DNA of 60,244 nucleotides, counting the filler, from Deltaproteobacteria bacterium (lineage in GTDB: Bacteria; Myxococcota; JACRCW01), in assembly GCA_016218805.1 (NCBI GenBank). It is 3 parts of 3 records of this genome, joined end to end, with 100 filler letters (N's around TTAATTAATTAA, not from the genome) between each part and the next. Parts side by side here need not be neighbours in the genome. Positions count along the whole stretch, not along the records: positions 1 to 28,594 come from JACRCW010000137.1; 2 more parts are not named here. One strand, 5' to 3'. A model generated the notes under the pieces. It saw only the letters and a program-made list of their open reading frames with translations, was not told where the DNA came from and did no database searches. A program made the position numbers and the translations under genes. Shown one piece after another: positions 1 to 10,883 of this stretch (positions are counted from its first letter, which is position 1; every line of letters starts with the position of its first letter).

Positions 1-114
1 AACATTGTCAAGACCGATCCCAGCCGCACCCTGGGCGTCCCCAACACCCGCAAGCGTGCGGGCGGTGACCGCAAGTACTTGATTCACCTCATGACTGGAG
101 CCCTCATCATGTAA
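1..114 (+). CDS. 3' end of an unidentified gene (partial)
   Basis: Open frame from position 1 (NIVKTDPSRTLGVPNTRK...GALIM) to TAA at 112-114 with GC-rich third positions; too short to identify. Confidence 0.5.
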   Translation, partial: NIVKTDPSRTLGVPNTRKRAGGDRKYLIHLMTGALIM

Positions 115-207
115 GGCCTGTCAGAATGCGACCGCCCTGGGCGATCACACCCCGCCGTCTGTTTCCACGCGCAAACGTCCCGGCTGCGTGCTACCTCTGG
201 AGTCCTG

Positions 208-909
208 ATGCCCCGCCCCTCCCGCTCCCGCGCAGCCTTGTCCCGCGGAACCGCCCGCTCGTTGTACCCGGACGTGGAGACCCACCGCGGGTCCATGGAT
301 GACCTCATCCCGGCACTGCTCTCCATTGTGGTGCCGCACGTGGAGGCGCTGCAGGCGGAGGGGACCACGCTGGCCCAGGCCTTTGGCGAACGGTTGCGCC
401 GCGCGCTGGTGCGCATGGAGCCGCTGCTGGACGAGGCGCTCAACGAACTCAAGGACTACAAGAACGCGCAGTCCGCCATGGACAAGCATGACGCGGACCT
501 GCGGGCGTCCCTGTTGCGCGCGCAGCAGATCCTCCAGGAGGCGGGCCTGATGAAGTCCCCGCCACGCCTGCCGGAGATCCTCATCAGCCGCACGTGGCTG
601 CGCCGCATGGAGCGCTGGGAGGAGGCGCTGCGCTGGAAGAGCCCGCAGCCCACCGGGAGCGCGGCGGCGGACCGCATGCTGGGCGCGCTGGAGCAGTTCC
701 TGGACGCGCTGCGGGACCGTGAACGCGCCGAGCGCGTGCTCCAGGACGTCCACGCGCTGCTGCGGGTGGCGCTCACGCACCTGGCCGAGGTGGGGCGCAC
801 CTGCGAGCGGGTGTTTCCGGAGGTGGCCACCCGCGTGGAGCCGCGCGCCATTGAGGTCACGGACGACGACGAGGAAGCCCCGGAAGCCGAACGGTTTGAC
901 ATCCAGTGA
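208..909 (+). CDS. hypothetical helical protein
   Basis: ORF with strong GC3 bias and an acidic C-terminus; alternative start ATG at 295. Confidence 0.7.
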   Translation: MPRPSRSRAALSRGTARSLYPDVETHRGSMDDLIPALLSIVVPHVEALQAEGTTLAQAFGERLRRALVRMEPLLDEALNELKDYKNAQSAMDKHDADLRASLLRAQQILQEAGLMKSPPRLPEILISRTWLRRMERWEEALRWKSPQPTGSAAADRMLGALEQFLDALRDRERAERVLQDVHALLRVALTHLAEVGRTCERVFPEVATRVEPRAIEVTDDDEEAPEAERFDIQ

Positions 910-1241
910 GCCCCAGCGTGACCGAGAACCGGGACCAGGCCCCCACGGAGGACCCCGCTGAGGAACCGCTGGCACCCAAGGCCCCGGGCGCGGGCGACTA
1001 CGCGCCGGAGCCGCGCCCCGACGTGGACCCCGGGCCCCGGCACACCTGCCGCATGGTCGCGCTGGGGTTTGACCCCTCCGGGCTGCCCAACCTGGCCATT
1101 GAGTGCCCCCGCCATGCGGCGCCCGTGGCCGTGGAGGTGTGCCTGGACTGCCCGGCGTTCGCCGCCATTGAGGGCGCTGGCGGGCACGCGGCCCACCTGG
1201 TGTGCACCCCCAAGCTTGCGCGGCACCGCGGGCCCCGCTGA
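906..1241 (+). CDS. small Cys/His-rich hypothetical protein (putative metal-binding)
   Basis: GTGA overlap with the upstream stop; CPRH...CLDC...HLVC motifs. Confidence 0.6.
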   Translation: MSPSVTENRDQAPTEDPAEEPLAPKAPGAGDYAPEPRPDVDPGPRHTCRMVALGFDPSGLPNLAIECPRHAAPVAVEVCLDCPAFAAIEGAGGHAAHLVCTPKLARHRGPR

Positions 1242-1322
1242 CGGGTTGCCTGCTGTCCCCCTTGCGAATAGGTTCCGGCGCCCCTCGCCGTCGTCATGGC
1301 GGGGCCACGCACGGGTGAGCGC

Positions 1323-1985
1323 ATGAGCGGCGGACACGGACATGACCACGGGCACGGACACGGAGCGGCAGCGGCGGCGTACATCCCGCCGGTGGCGGTG
1401 AAGGGCGCGCGGGACATCAAGCTCATTGACTCCAGCCCCATGACGTTCTCCGAACGCGCGTACGTCAAGGAAGTGGGGCGCGGGCTGGGCGTGACCTTCC
1501 AGCACTTCATGCAGACCTTCACCCGCCTGGTGAAGGGCGAGCAGATTGAGACGGTGGAGTACCCGGAGAAGAGGGTGCCCTACGCGCCGCGTTTCCGCGG
1601 CCACCACCGCCTGGTCCCGCGGGATGACGGCACGGCCCGCTGCGTGGCGTGCTTCATGTGCGCCACCGCCTGCCCGGCGCTGTGCATCCACATTGAAGCG
1701 GAGCCGCGCCTGGACTCCACCACGGAGAAGCAGCCGCGCATCTTTGAGATTGACGAACTGCGCTGCGTGGACTGCGGGCTGTGCGTGGAGGCCTGCCCGT
1801 GCGACGCCATCCGCATGGACAGCAACATCCACCCGCCGCCCTCCTCCCGGCGCGACGCGCAGCTCAAGGGCCGCTGGGACCTGCTGGGCGTGATGGGCAT
1901 CCACGAAGACGGCGAGACCCCCCGCAGCGCGCGCACCATGAACGGCCACGTGCCCGGCAAGGACCCCGGTCCGCGCCACCACTGA
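1323..1985 (+). CDS. nuoI: NADH-quinone oxidoreductase subunit I (2x[4Fe-4S])
   Basis: TVEYPEK, PRFRGHH, CVACFMCATACP and CVDCGLCVEACPCDAI motifs; start at 1323 or 1296. Confidence 0.9.
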   Translation: MSGGHGHDHGHGHGAAAAAYIPPVAVKGARDIKLIDSSPMTFSERAYVKEVGRGLGVTFQHFMQTFTRLVKGEQIETVEYPEKRVPYAPRFRGHHRLVPRDDGTARCVACFMCATACPALCIHIEAEPRLDSTTEKQPRIFEIDELRCVDCGLCVEACPCDAIRMDSNIHPPPSSRRDAQLKGRWDLLGVMGIHEDGETPRSARTMNGHVPGKDPGPRHH

Positions 1986-1992
1986 TTGCGGG

Positions 1993-3012
1993 CTATTCGG
2001 GCGCCGTCACCGGCTCCGCGCTCACCAGCTGCAGCTGGCGCGGGCTCATGGAAAAGTGCAGGTGGTCACGCCAGCCACGCGCGTCGCCGCCAATCTGGTA
2101 GGGCAGCGGCGCGTCGCCTTCCACGCGCACCTCCTCCACGTTGAAGTCCAGGATATCCGGGTCCCGGTGCTCACCGCGCCAGATGGCGGGCAGGTTCTTG
2201 AGGATGGTCCACGGGCCCATGGCCACCACGCGCAGCTGCATCATCCCCGGCACATCCTGGGCAAACGGGAACATGCGGAAATTGAACCCGTAGAAAGGCA
2301 CGGTGGCCGCGCTGACCATCGCCGCGGGGCCCTGGTACAGCACGCTGCCGGGGGCAATCTCCTTCATCGCGTCACCGTCGGCCGGGTCGCGGTAGAACGC
2401 ACGTCCCACCGTGGTCACACGCACGTTGGGCGGCGCCTTCTCCGTCATCTTGCGCGGCAGCGTGCGGGAGAACAATGCCGCGAAATACCCGAACACGCTG
2501 TGCGCCATCTCCTCCAGCAACGGGCCCTTCACGTTCTCCTTGAACCACAGGTAGTCGTTGAGAATCTCGCCGTCATAGCCAATGCCCGCAAACGGGAAGT
2601 CCAGCCCGTCCTCCATGGACTGGATGAGCTGCAGCGGCACGGTGGGGAGCGACGGCTCCGTCATCAGCCGCACCAGGTCATCCTCCGGGCGGCCGCCACC
2701 AATCACGCTGGCCACCGCGTTGCCCGTCCCCAGCCGCAGCACGCCCAGCTGCGGGTACGGCGCCCCCTGACTCTCCAGCCGCCCGCAGATGCTGTTCACC
2801 ACCTGCACCAGCGTCCCGTCACCGCCGCCGGACAGCACCCGGTCATAGCCCTTGTCCACCACCTGCTGCGCCACCTGCTCCGCCTCCTCCAGCGAGCGCG
2901 AGATGTACACGTGGTCCGCATTGGCCAGCTTGCGTAGCCGCTCCGCGCGCCGGGGCGTCACGTGACGGGCGTTGGCGTTCAGGATGAGGGCGGTGCGGGC
3001 TGCTTCGGCCAT
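1993..3012 (-). CDS. diacylglycerol kinase family lipid kinase
   Basis: GGGDGT, LRLGTGN, AGIGYDG and QIGGD motifs; start chosen at MAEAARTALILN. Confidence 0.88.
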   Translation of the reverse strand: MAEAARTALILNANARHVTPRRAERLRKLANADHVYISRSLEEAEQVAQQVVDKGYDRVLSGGGDGTLVQVVNSICGRLESQGAPYPQLGVLRLGTGNAVASVIGGGRPEDDLVRLMTEPSLPTVPLQLIQSMEDGLDFPFAGIGYDGEILNDYLWFKENVKGPLLEEMAHSVFGYFAALFSRTLPRKMTEKAPPNVRVTTVGRAFYRDPADGDAMKEIAPGSVLYQGPAAMVSAATVPFYGFNFRMFPFAQDVPGMMQLRVVAMGPWTILKNLPAIWRGEHRDPDILDFNVEEVRVEGDAPLPYQIGGDARGWRDHLHFSMSPRQLQLVSAEPVTAPE

Positions 3013-3180
3013 GAGGACGGACCTCCGCCCCGCCGGTGAGCAAGGTCCGGGCCGTGTGGAATACGGCGAAAAATCATTTGAAAATGAATAACGCCGCCCC
3101 GCAGGGTGCCACCCCGGGGTGGCAGTCCGGGATGCGGGGTGCAAAGGCGCATACGCACCCGGGTGGCCGCGGGCGCTCCG

Positions 3181-5277
3181 TCACCCGCCGGTGCGCGGCT
3201 CCAGGTGGGCGGGGATGATGGACTCGCCCTTCACGGTGAAGACCTGCAGGGGGGCCACGGCGTTGCCCTGGGCATCCACGGAGGTGGGGCCGCAAATGCC
3301 GGGGAAATCCTTGATGGCCTGGAGTTTGTCTCTGAATTCGGTGCGGGTCTTGGGGTTCTGCACAAACACCGCGCCCAGCATGCGCCCCGCGTCAAACGCC
3401 TGCGCATCGCGCAGTTCGCCCTTGAGCCCGCCGGTGGCGGCGGCAAACTTCTTGAGGAAGTCCAGCGTCTCCGGCCGCCCGTCATTGGGGTTGAACCCGT
3501 CCACAAACAGCGCCCCCTGCACGTATTTGCCGCCGCGCTGCGGGAAGGTCTTGTCGTTGAAGCCGTTGGTTCCCAGCAGCGTGACCTTCTGGACCTTCAC
3601 CGCGCCGGTGGTTTCCTTGAACTGCCGGAGCGAACGCTCGTCATTGCCCACAAACACGTCCTCAAACGCCAGCGCCGGCGCAATGAGCCCCGCGGGCTTG
3701 TGATAGTCCGCAATGAACAGGGCCTCAAAGTCCACAATGGGCCGCACCCCGTCCTTGCAGGCCTCCAGCGCCTTCTGTTTCTTGTAGGCCGCCTCCAGCT
3801 TCCTGGCTTCGGCCTGGCAGGCCAGGAAGTCCCCGCGCGCCTCCAGGAAATGCCGGCCCACCAGCTTGCGCACCGGCACGGCAAACGTCGTCTCGTCATG
3901 GTCATACGCTTCCACGCCGGCCACGCTCCCGCCGCGGGATTCAAACTCATCCCAGAACGCGTTCATCAGCGCGGCACCCTTGGGCAGGCGCGGGTACAGG
4001 AACGCCACGCGCTTGAATCCCAGCGTTTCGGACGCAATGCGCGCCATTTCCCGGGCCTGGCGCTCATCCGAAAGGGCCACCTGGAAGGTGAAAGGCCCCA
4101 TTTCCGCGATCCCGTCACGCCGGGACAACGTCAACAGCGGGACCTTGGCGGCCTCCGCGCGCATGGCGGCGGGGCGGGCGCCCTGCAGCGTCACCGCACC
4201 CACCACGGCCATCACGCGCTTTTCGGTGATCAGCAGATCCAGCGCGGCGGCGGCGTCCTCCGGGCCGCTGGTGTCATCCAGGACCTCCACCTCCACGGGC
4301 GCGGGTGGCGGGTTGGTCTGCCCGCGGGCAATGGCGTCAGACACGGCGGCTTCCAGGCCCAGCTTGAGGGCGGCCAGCAACCGCTCCCCGGTCTGCGCGT
4401 ACTTCCCGGACGTGGGGAGGACCACGCCCAGGCGGTTGGCCACGACGGTGGTGCGGATGTCCAGGATCTGCAGCGCGGCCTGCGCGGAGGTGAGGAAGGC
4501 GCCCTGCGGCTCCGCGGCCACGTAGGCCTTCAGCTCCTCCATGGCGCGCACGTCATCACCCAGGTGCAGGTAGATGCGGCCCAGCTTGAGGGTGAGCAGG
4601 TGGTGGGTCCAACTGGTGGCGGGGAGCTGCTCCCGCAGCGCCAGCACCTCCGCAAAGCGCAGCCGCCCGTCAATGATCTCCTGCAGCATGGCGCGCAACG
4701 GGTCACGCACGGCCGCGTCGGTGGTGCCCGCCTCGGCGGTGGACAGCGGCACCACCGCCCCGGCGAATTGCCCCGATTCATAGAGCGCGCGTCCCATCTT
4801 CTGCGAATAGGCGAGTTTCTCCGGGCCCTGCATCTGCTCCAGCGCACTGCGCAGGCCGCTGACGCCCTCCGCGGTGCGTCCGTCCTCCAGGTCCATGCTG
4901 GCCAGCAGGAGTTTGGCGTCCTTGGCGGCGGGGTCCCCCGGGTGGTTGAGCGCCAGGGTCTCCAGCGCGCGGCGCGCGGTGTCACGCTGCTCCAGCTGGT
5001 GGGCAATCTGCCCGGCGGCCAGCAGGGCGCCGGGGGCCTGCGGAGCGCGGGGATGGTCCCGGGCAAACGCTTCAAACAGGGCCAGCGCGTCCTGCAGGCG
5101 GCCCTCCGCGCGCGCGCGCTCCGCCCCGGCCAGCGTGGCGTTCCCGGCCCCCGGCTGCACCACGGGCTCCCCCGCGGACGGGCGGGGCTGCGCCGTCCGT
5201 GACGGGCACGCGGCGGTCCCCAGCAGGGCCAGCAGGAGGACGGGGCGGAGAAAACGGGCGGTGGAGGGGCGGGACAT
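3181..5277 (-). CDS. TPR + periplasmic-binding-protein lipoprotein (LpoA/LppC-like PBP activator)
   Basis: Lipobox LGTAAC, TPR-like helices, LGVVLPTSG, VVGAV, DFEALFIAD, AQAFDA and FPGICG motifs. Confidence 0.8.
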   Translation of the reverse strand: MSRPSTARFLRPVLLLALLGTAACPSRTAQPRPSAGEPVVQPGAGNATLAGAERARAEGRLQDALALFEAFARDHPRAPQAPGALLAAGQIAHQLEQRDTARRALETLALNHPGDPAAKDAKLLLASMDLEDGRTAEGVSGLRSALEQMQGPEKLAYSQKMGRALYESGQFAGAVVPLSTAEAGTTDAAVRDPLRAMLQEIIDGRLRFAEVLALREQLPATSWTHHLLTLKLGRIYLHLGDDVRAMEELKAYVAAEPQGAFLTSAQAALQILDIRTTVVANRLGVVLPTSGKYAQTGERLLAALKLGLEAAVSDAIARGQTNPPPAPVEVEVLDDTSGPEDAAAALDLLITEKRVMAVVGAVTLQGARPAAMRAEAAKVPLLTLSRRDGIAEMGPFTFQVALSDERQAREMARIASETLGFKRVAFLYPRLPKGAALMNAFWDEFESRGGSVAGVEAYDHDETTFAVPVRKLVGRHFLEARGDFLACQAEARKLEAAYKKQKALEACKDGVRPIVDFEALFIADYHKPAGLIAPALAFEDVFVGNDERSLRQFKETTGAVKVQKVTLLGTNGFNDKTFPQRGGKYVQGALFVDGFNPNDGRPETLDFLKKFAAATGGLKGELRDAQAFDAGRMLGAVFVQNPKTRTEFRDKLQAIKDFPGICGPTSVDAQGNAVAPLQVFTVKGESIIPAHLEPRTGG

Positions 5278-5393
5278 GGGTCCTTCCGGCGTGTTGGCGA
5301 CGGGCTTCCTAGCAGGCTGCGGGCCACCCGCGCATGTTGGAGATACGATCCCGGGGGGATGCGTTCTGGGCGGGGACCTCGTACCGTTGACGT

Positions 5394-6826
<1,433 letters not shown>

Positions 6827-6830
<4 letters not shown>

Positions 6831-7546
6831 CCGCGCGCCGCGTTCCCGTTCCACCCGGGTCGCTTGTGGGGCCGGGGGAGCTTTCGCTGCCGCGGGAGGC
6901 GGCCCATTACGTCCAATCCGTGCTGCGGTTGCGGCAGGGGGCGGCGGTGCAGCTGTTTGACGGCGAGGGCCGCCGCGCGGCGGGCGTGCTGCGCGAGGGC
7001 GGCGTGGTCCTGGTGGAGCACGTGGCGGCGGCGCCGCCGGTCCCGGCGCCACGCGTGACCCTGCTGTGTGCGCTCTCCAAGGGCGACAAGGTGGACCTGG
7101 TGGTGGAGAAGGTCTCTGAGCTGGGAGCGGTGGCGCTGCGGCCGGTGCTGTGCGTTCGCAGCGTGGTGAAGCTGGATGACGAGCGGGCGGCCTCCCGCCT
7201 GGACCGCTGGCAGCGGGTGGCGGAGGCCGCGGCGCGGCAGTGCGGGCGGGACCACGCGCTGGTGGTGCTGCCGGCGTTGGCCTTTGACGCGGCGCTGGCC
7301 GCGGACACCAGCGACCACCGCCGCATCCTGGAGCCCGGGGCGCCGCCCCTGAGCGCGGGCCTGCCGCCGGACGCGACGACGGTGGCGCTGTTCACCGGGC
7401 CGGAGGGCGGGTTTGACCCGGGCGAGTTGGAGCGGGCGGAGCGGGCGGGCTTCCAGCGCGCGGGGCTGGGTCCGCTCACGCTGAGGGCGGAGACCGCACC
7501 GCTGGTGGCCCTGGCCGCGGTGCTGGCGCGCGCGGGCAGACTCTGA
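6827..7546 (+). CDS. rsmE: 16S rRNA m3U1498 methyltransferase
   Basis: HYVQSVLRL, KVSELG, EAAARQCGR, GPEGG and LRAETA motifs; start at GTG 6866 or CTG 6827. Confidence 0.92.
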
Positions 7547-7561
7547 GAAATAGGGCGGGAC

Positions 7562-8344
7562 ATGGCCATTCTCCTCGACGGCGGCGTGGGTACGGCCCTC
7601 ATCGCGCGGGGGCTGAAGGAGACGGACGTTCCTGAACGGTGGCTGCTGGACCGCCTGGACGAGGTGGTGGCGGTGCACCGCAGCCACGTCCGCGCCGGAG
7701 CCGAAGTGGTCCTGACCTGCACGCTCAACGCGCACCCTCCCCTGCTGCGGCCGCATGGGCTGCATTCCTTCTCCGGCGAGATCCGCCGCATGGCGGTGCA
7801 CGCCGCGCGGTCCGCCGGGGCGCCGCGCGTGTACGGCGTGGTGGGTCCGCTGCCGCCCCGCATGGATCCGCGGCAGGTGGAGGCGTTTGCTGAAGCGGCC
7901 GCGGCGGACCTGGCGCAGGCCGGCGCGGACGGGCTGTGCCTGGAGACGATCACGACGCTGGAGGAGGGCGTGGCGCGGGTGCGCGGCGCGGCGCTGACCG
8001 GACTGCCGCTGGTGGCGTCCATGGTCCCCGGCACGCCCGCGGCGGACGACCCGATGAAGGCCTGCCGCGAGCTGATGGGAGCCGGCGCCACGCTGATTGG
8101 GGCCAACTGCGCGCCGCCGGCGGAGTGCATGGCGCTGCTGGGATCCATGGCGGGACTGGATCCCAGCGCGCGGTGGGCCAAACCGTCCGCGGGCACGCCG
8201 CGCCACCCGGTGTCACCCCAGGCGTGGGCGGACGGGGCGCTGCGCATTGCCCGCATGGGCGTGGGCTGGATTGGCGGGTGCTGCGGGGTGGACGCAGCCA
8301 TGCTGGCGGCGCTCAAGCGCGGCATGGGCGCGTTGATGACCTGA
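7562..8344 (+). CDS. stand-alone homocysteine S-methyltransferase family protein
   Basis: ILLDGGVGT, GANC, KPSAG and IGGCCG Zn-binding motifs. Confidence 0.85.
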   Translation: MAILLDGGVGTALIARGLKETDVPERWLLDRLDEVVAVHRSHVRAGAEVVLTCTLNAHPPLLRPHGLHSFSGEIRRMAVHAARSAGAPRVYGVVGPLPPRMDPRQVEAFAEAAAADLAQAGADGLCLETITTLEEGVARVRGAALTGLPLVASMVPGTPAADDPMKACRELMGAGATLIGANCAPPAECMALLGSMAGLDPSARWAKPSAGTPRHPVSPQAWADGALRIARMGVGWIGGCCGVDAAMLAALKRGMGALMT

Positions 8345-8356
8345 GGGGTGGGGCGT

Positions 8357-9406
8357 TCACGGTTCCCCGTCGGTGGGCTTGCCCCCCAGCTTCACGCGCC
8401 GCTTCATCCCGTCCGTCATTTCCACGGCATTGTCCCGCGTGACCCACAGGGCCTGCGCACCCGCCACGCGCGCCAGCACCGGCGCGGCATCCTTGGGGCC
8501 CAGGATGAAGCACGCCTTCCCCAGCCAGTCCGCGTCCAGCGCGCGCGGCGCCAGCACCGTGACCGCGCGGCTTGCACGCGCCGGGAAACCCGTCCGCGGG
8601 TCAATGACGGGGTGGTACCTCCGCCCGCCCACCAACACGAACCGCTCGTAGTCCCCCAGGGTGGCGCACGCGCCGTCCCGCAGCTCCACGGAGGCAAACA
8701 CGCGGTCCGGCGCGCGCGGGTCTGGCACGCCCACCGGCCAGCCGCCGGGCCCCTGCGGTCCGTGGCACAGGCGCAGGCCGCCCAGCGTGGCGCGGAAGGT
8801 GGACGCCCCGCCGCCCAGCAACAGGCGCGCGGCGCGGTCCAGCGCGTAGCCCCGGGCAATCCCGCCCAGGCCCAGCCGCATCTGCGCGGACGGGAGCATC
8901 ACGGCGGTGCGTGCCTCGTCTAGGACCACCAGGCGGTAGTCCACCAGCTTGCGCAGCCGCGCCACCTCTTCCGGGTCCGGCAGGGCCGCGGCCCCAGGCG
9001 CCGAATCAAACGTCCACAGCCGGCTCATGGACGCGTAGGTGACGTCGAACACGCCCCCGGAAAGCTCGCTGAGTTCAAGGCACCGCCGGACCAGCGCAAA
9101 GGTCTCCGCGCTCACTTCCACGCTGGCTGACCCGGCGGCCGCGTTGATCCGGGACACGTCGCTTCCCGGCGTGGTGCCGGACAGCAGCACGTGGATGCGC
9201 TCCACCTCCTGGTGCGCGGCCTCCAGGGCCTGTTCCACTTCGGCGGCCTGGGCGCCCTGGGCCGGGCTCTCCAACTCCAGGCGTGTGCCAAACGCGGAGC
9301 CTTCGCGGCGCAGCCAGGGCGGGTCCGCCCGGGCCGGCCGGGGGCGCGCCCGGGCCACCATGGGCGCCGCCAGCAGTCCCAAGAGCGTGCGCCGGTCCAG
9401 CCGCAT
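8357..9406 (-). CDS. apbE: FAD:protein FMN transferase (Tat-exported)
   Basis: RRTLL Tat-like signal; SDVSRIN, GVFDVT, LGGIARGYALD, GDYERF, HPVIDPRTG motifs. Confidence 0.9.
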   Translation of the reverse strand: MRLDRRTLLGLLAAPMVARARPRPARADPPWLRREGSAFGTRLELESPAQGAQAAEVEQALEAAHQEVERIHVLLSGTTPGSDVSRINAAAGSASVEVSAETFALVRRCLELSELSGGVFDVTYASMSRLWTFDSAPGAAALPDPEEVARLRKLVDYRLVVLDEARTAVMLPSAQMRLGLGGIARGYALDRAARLLLGGGASTFRATLGGLRLCHGPQGPGGWPVGVPDPRAPDRVFASVELRDGACATLGDYERFVLVGGRRYHPVIDPRTGFPARASRAVTVLAPRALDADWLGKACFILGPKDAAPVLARVAGAQALWVTRDNAVEMTDGMKRRVKLGGKPTDGEP

Positions 9407-9475
9407 GTCACTCCTCCCGGGCGTCCGTGGCCGGAATGTGGCTATCACGACGGCCGGCAAGCTAAGAACCTCGGT

Positions 9476-10855
9476 ATGGCCGACCGCCTGTTCCTGGACA
9501 TCTCCCCGCAGGGCACCCTGGTGGCGCCCACGGCTCAGGCGCGCGCTGCCGTCGCCCGTCGCTCCGGCCGGTGGGTGCTGATGCCATCGGCCTCCAACAT
9601 GCTGCTGTTGTCCCAGTGGGAGGGGCCGGAGGTCGCCCAGAAGGATGAGGTGGAGCGCTCGCTGCTGATGGGCGAGATGGGCGGCATTGGCCTGCTGGAC
9701 CTGCTGGGGCTGCTCAGCCAGACGCGGCGGTCGGTGCGGATCGTGGTCAGCCGCGGCCGCACGGAGCGCGCCATCCTGCTGCGTGACGGCGAGATCGCCT
9801 CGGTGGCGTCTTCCGATGCCAAGGACCGCCTGGGCGAGTTCCTGGTCCGCATTGGCAAGCTCTCCGCCCAGCAGCTGCAGGAAGCGCTGGCCGGCGCCCA
9901 GCAGCAGGGGCGGAAGTTGGGCCAGCACCTGGTCCAGTCCGCCCTGCTGTCCAGCCATGACCTGTGGAGCGCCATCCAGATGCAGATCATGGAGATCATC
10001 TGCGACGTGGTGTCCTGGACGGAAGGCACCTACGCCATCTTCAGCCTGCCCGAGCCCTTTGTCTGGCCGCAGACCCCGCCCCTGCCCACGCAGGCCATCA
10101 TCCTGGAAGCGGTGCGCCGCTCCGACGAGATGGCGCTGTTCAAGCACAAGATCCCCACCTACGACGCCGTCCTCAGCCCCACCGGCAAGCTCCCGCATGA
10201 CTGCGAACCCCCGGAGCTGGCCGCCCTGCAGAACCTCCAGCCGGGCATGACCGTGCGGGAGCTGGGCATCCGCCTGCAGAAGGGCGAGTTCGACACGACG
10301 CGCGTGGTGTATTCGCTGCTGAAGGGGGGCGCGCTCTCCGTCACGGCCGCCCCCGCTCCGGCAGCCCCCGCGCGCGCGCCGGCACCCGCCGCGGGCGCAC
10401 CCGCCGCATTCCCCTCCCCCGTCACCTACGGCGGCCCGGCCGGCGCCGGGCCCATCCCCGCGCCCGCGGCGCTGGGCGTCCCCATCCTCCCGGGCGCCCA
10501 GGAACTGCTGGGCGTGTTCTCCCAGGCGCTGCGGGAGATTGACACGGAGTGCGCCCGCCACCGCGTGAGCGAGCCCTACCGCCGCGGACTGATGGCCTTC
10601 CTGGTGGACCGGCAGAACGCGTACTCCGCGCTGTTCCAGGGCGTGTCCCTGCGGCAGGACGGAGACGTGGACGGATCCCGGCTGATGGCCAACGTGGCCG
10701 CGGCCAACATGAAGGACCCGGCCCGCGGCGTGCTGGACGCCATGAACGAAATGACGTTCTTTGCACTGTTCCAGGCGGCGGAGTTGCTGGAGGCGCATGT
10801 TGACGAGGAGTTGGCCCGCCGCGTGCGCCAGGTGCTGTCCGTGCTGCCCCGCTGA
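9476..10855 (+). CDS. DUF4388 (PATAN-like) domain protein
   Basis: LLDLLGLLSQTRRS...RDGEI...DRLGEFLVRIGKLS...LGQHLV...WTEGTY pattern typical of the family. Confidence 0.8.
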   Translation: MADRLFLDISPQGTLVAPTAQARAAVARRSGRWVLMPSASNMLLLSQWEGPEVAQKDEVERSLLMGEMGGIGLLDLLGLLSQTRRSVRIVVSRGRTERAILLRDGEIASVASSDAKDRLGEFLVRIGKLSAQQLQEALAGAQQQGRKLGQHLVQSALLSSHDLWSAIQMQIMEIICDVVSWTEGTYAIFSLPEPFVWPQTPPLPTQAIILEAVRRSDEMALFKHKIPTYDAVLSPTGKLPHDCEPPELAALQNLQPGMTVRELGIRLQKGEFDTTRVVYSLLKGGALSVTAAPAPAAPARAPAPAAGAPAAFPSPVTYGGPAGAGPIPAPAALGVPILPGAQELLGVFSQALREIDTECARHRVSEPYRRGLMAFLVDRQNAYSALFQGVSLRQDGDVDGSRLMANVAAANMKDPARGVLDAMNEMTFFALFQAAELLEAHVDEELARRVRQVLSVLPR

Positions 10856-10883
10856 CAGGCCGTGACGCCAGCAGGATGCGCCC

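Noticed and set aside
3106..5202. Long antisense and alternative-frame ORFs here and throughout (e.g. 30150-32618, 49015-50691, the 5' part of 8357-10798)
   Set aside because: Expected shadow ORFs in very GC-rich DNA; they overlap genes with recognisable motifs and have none themselves.
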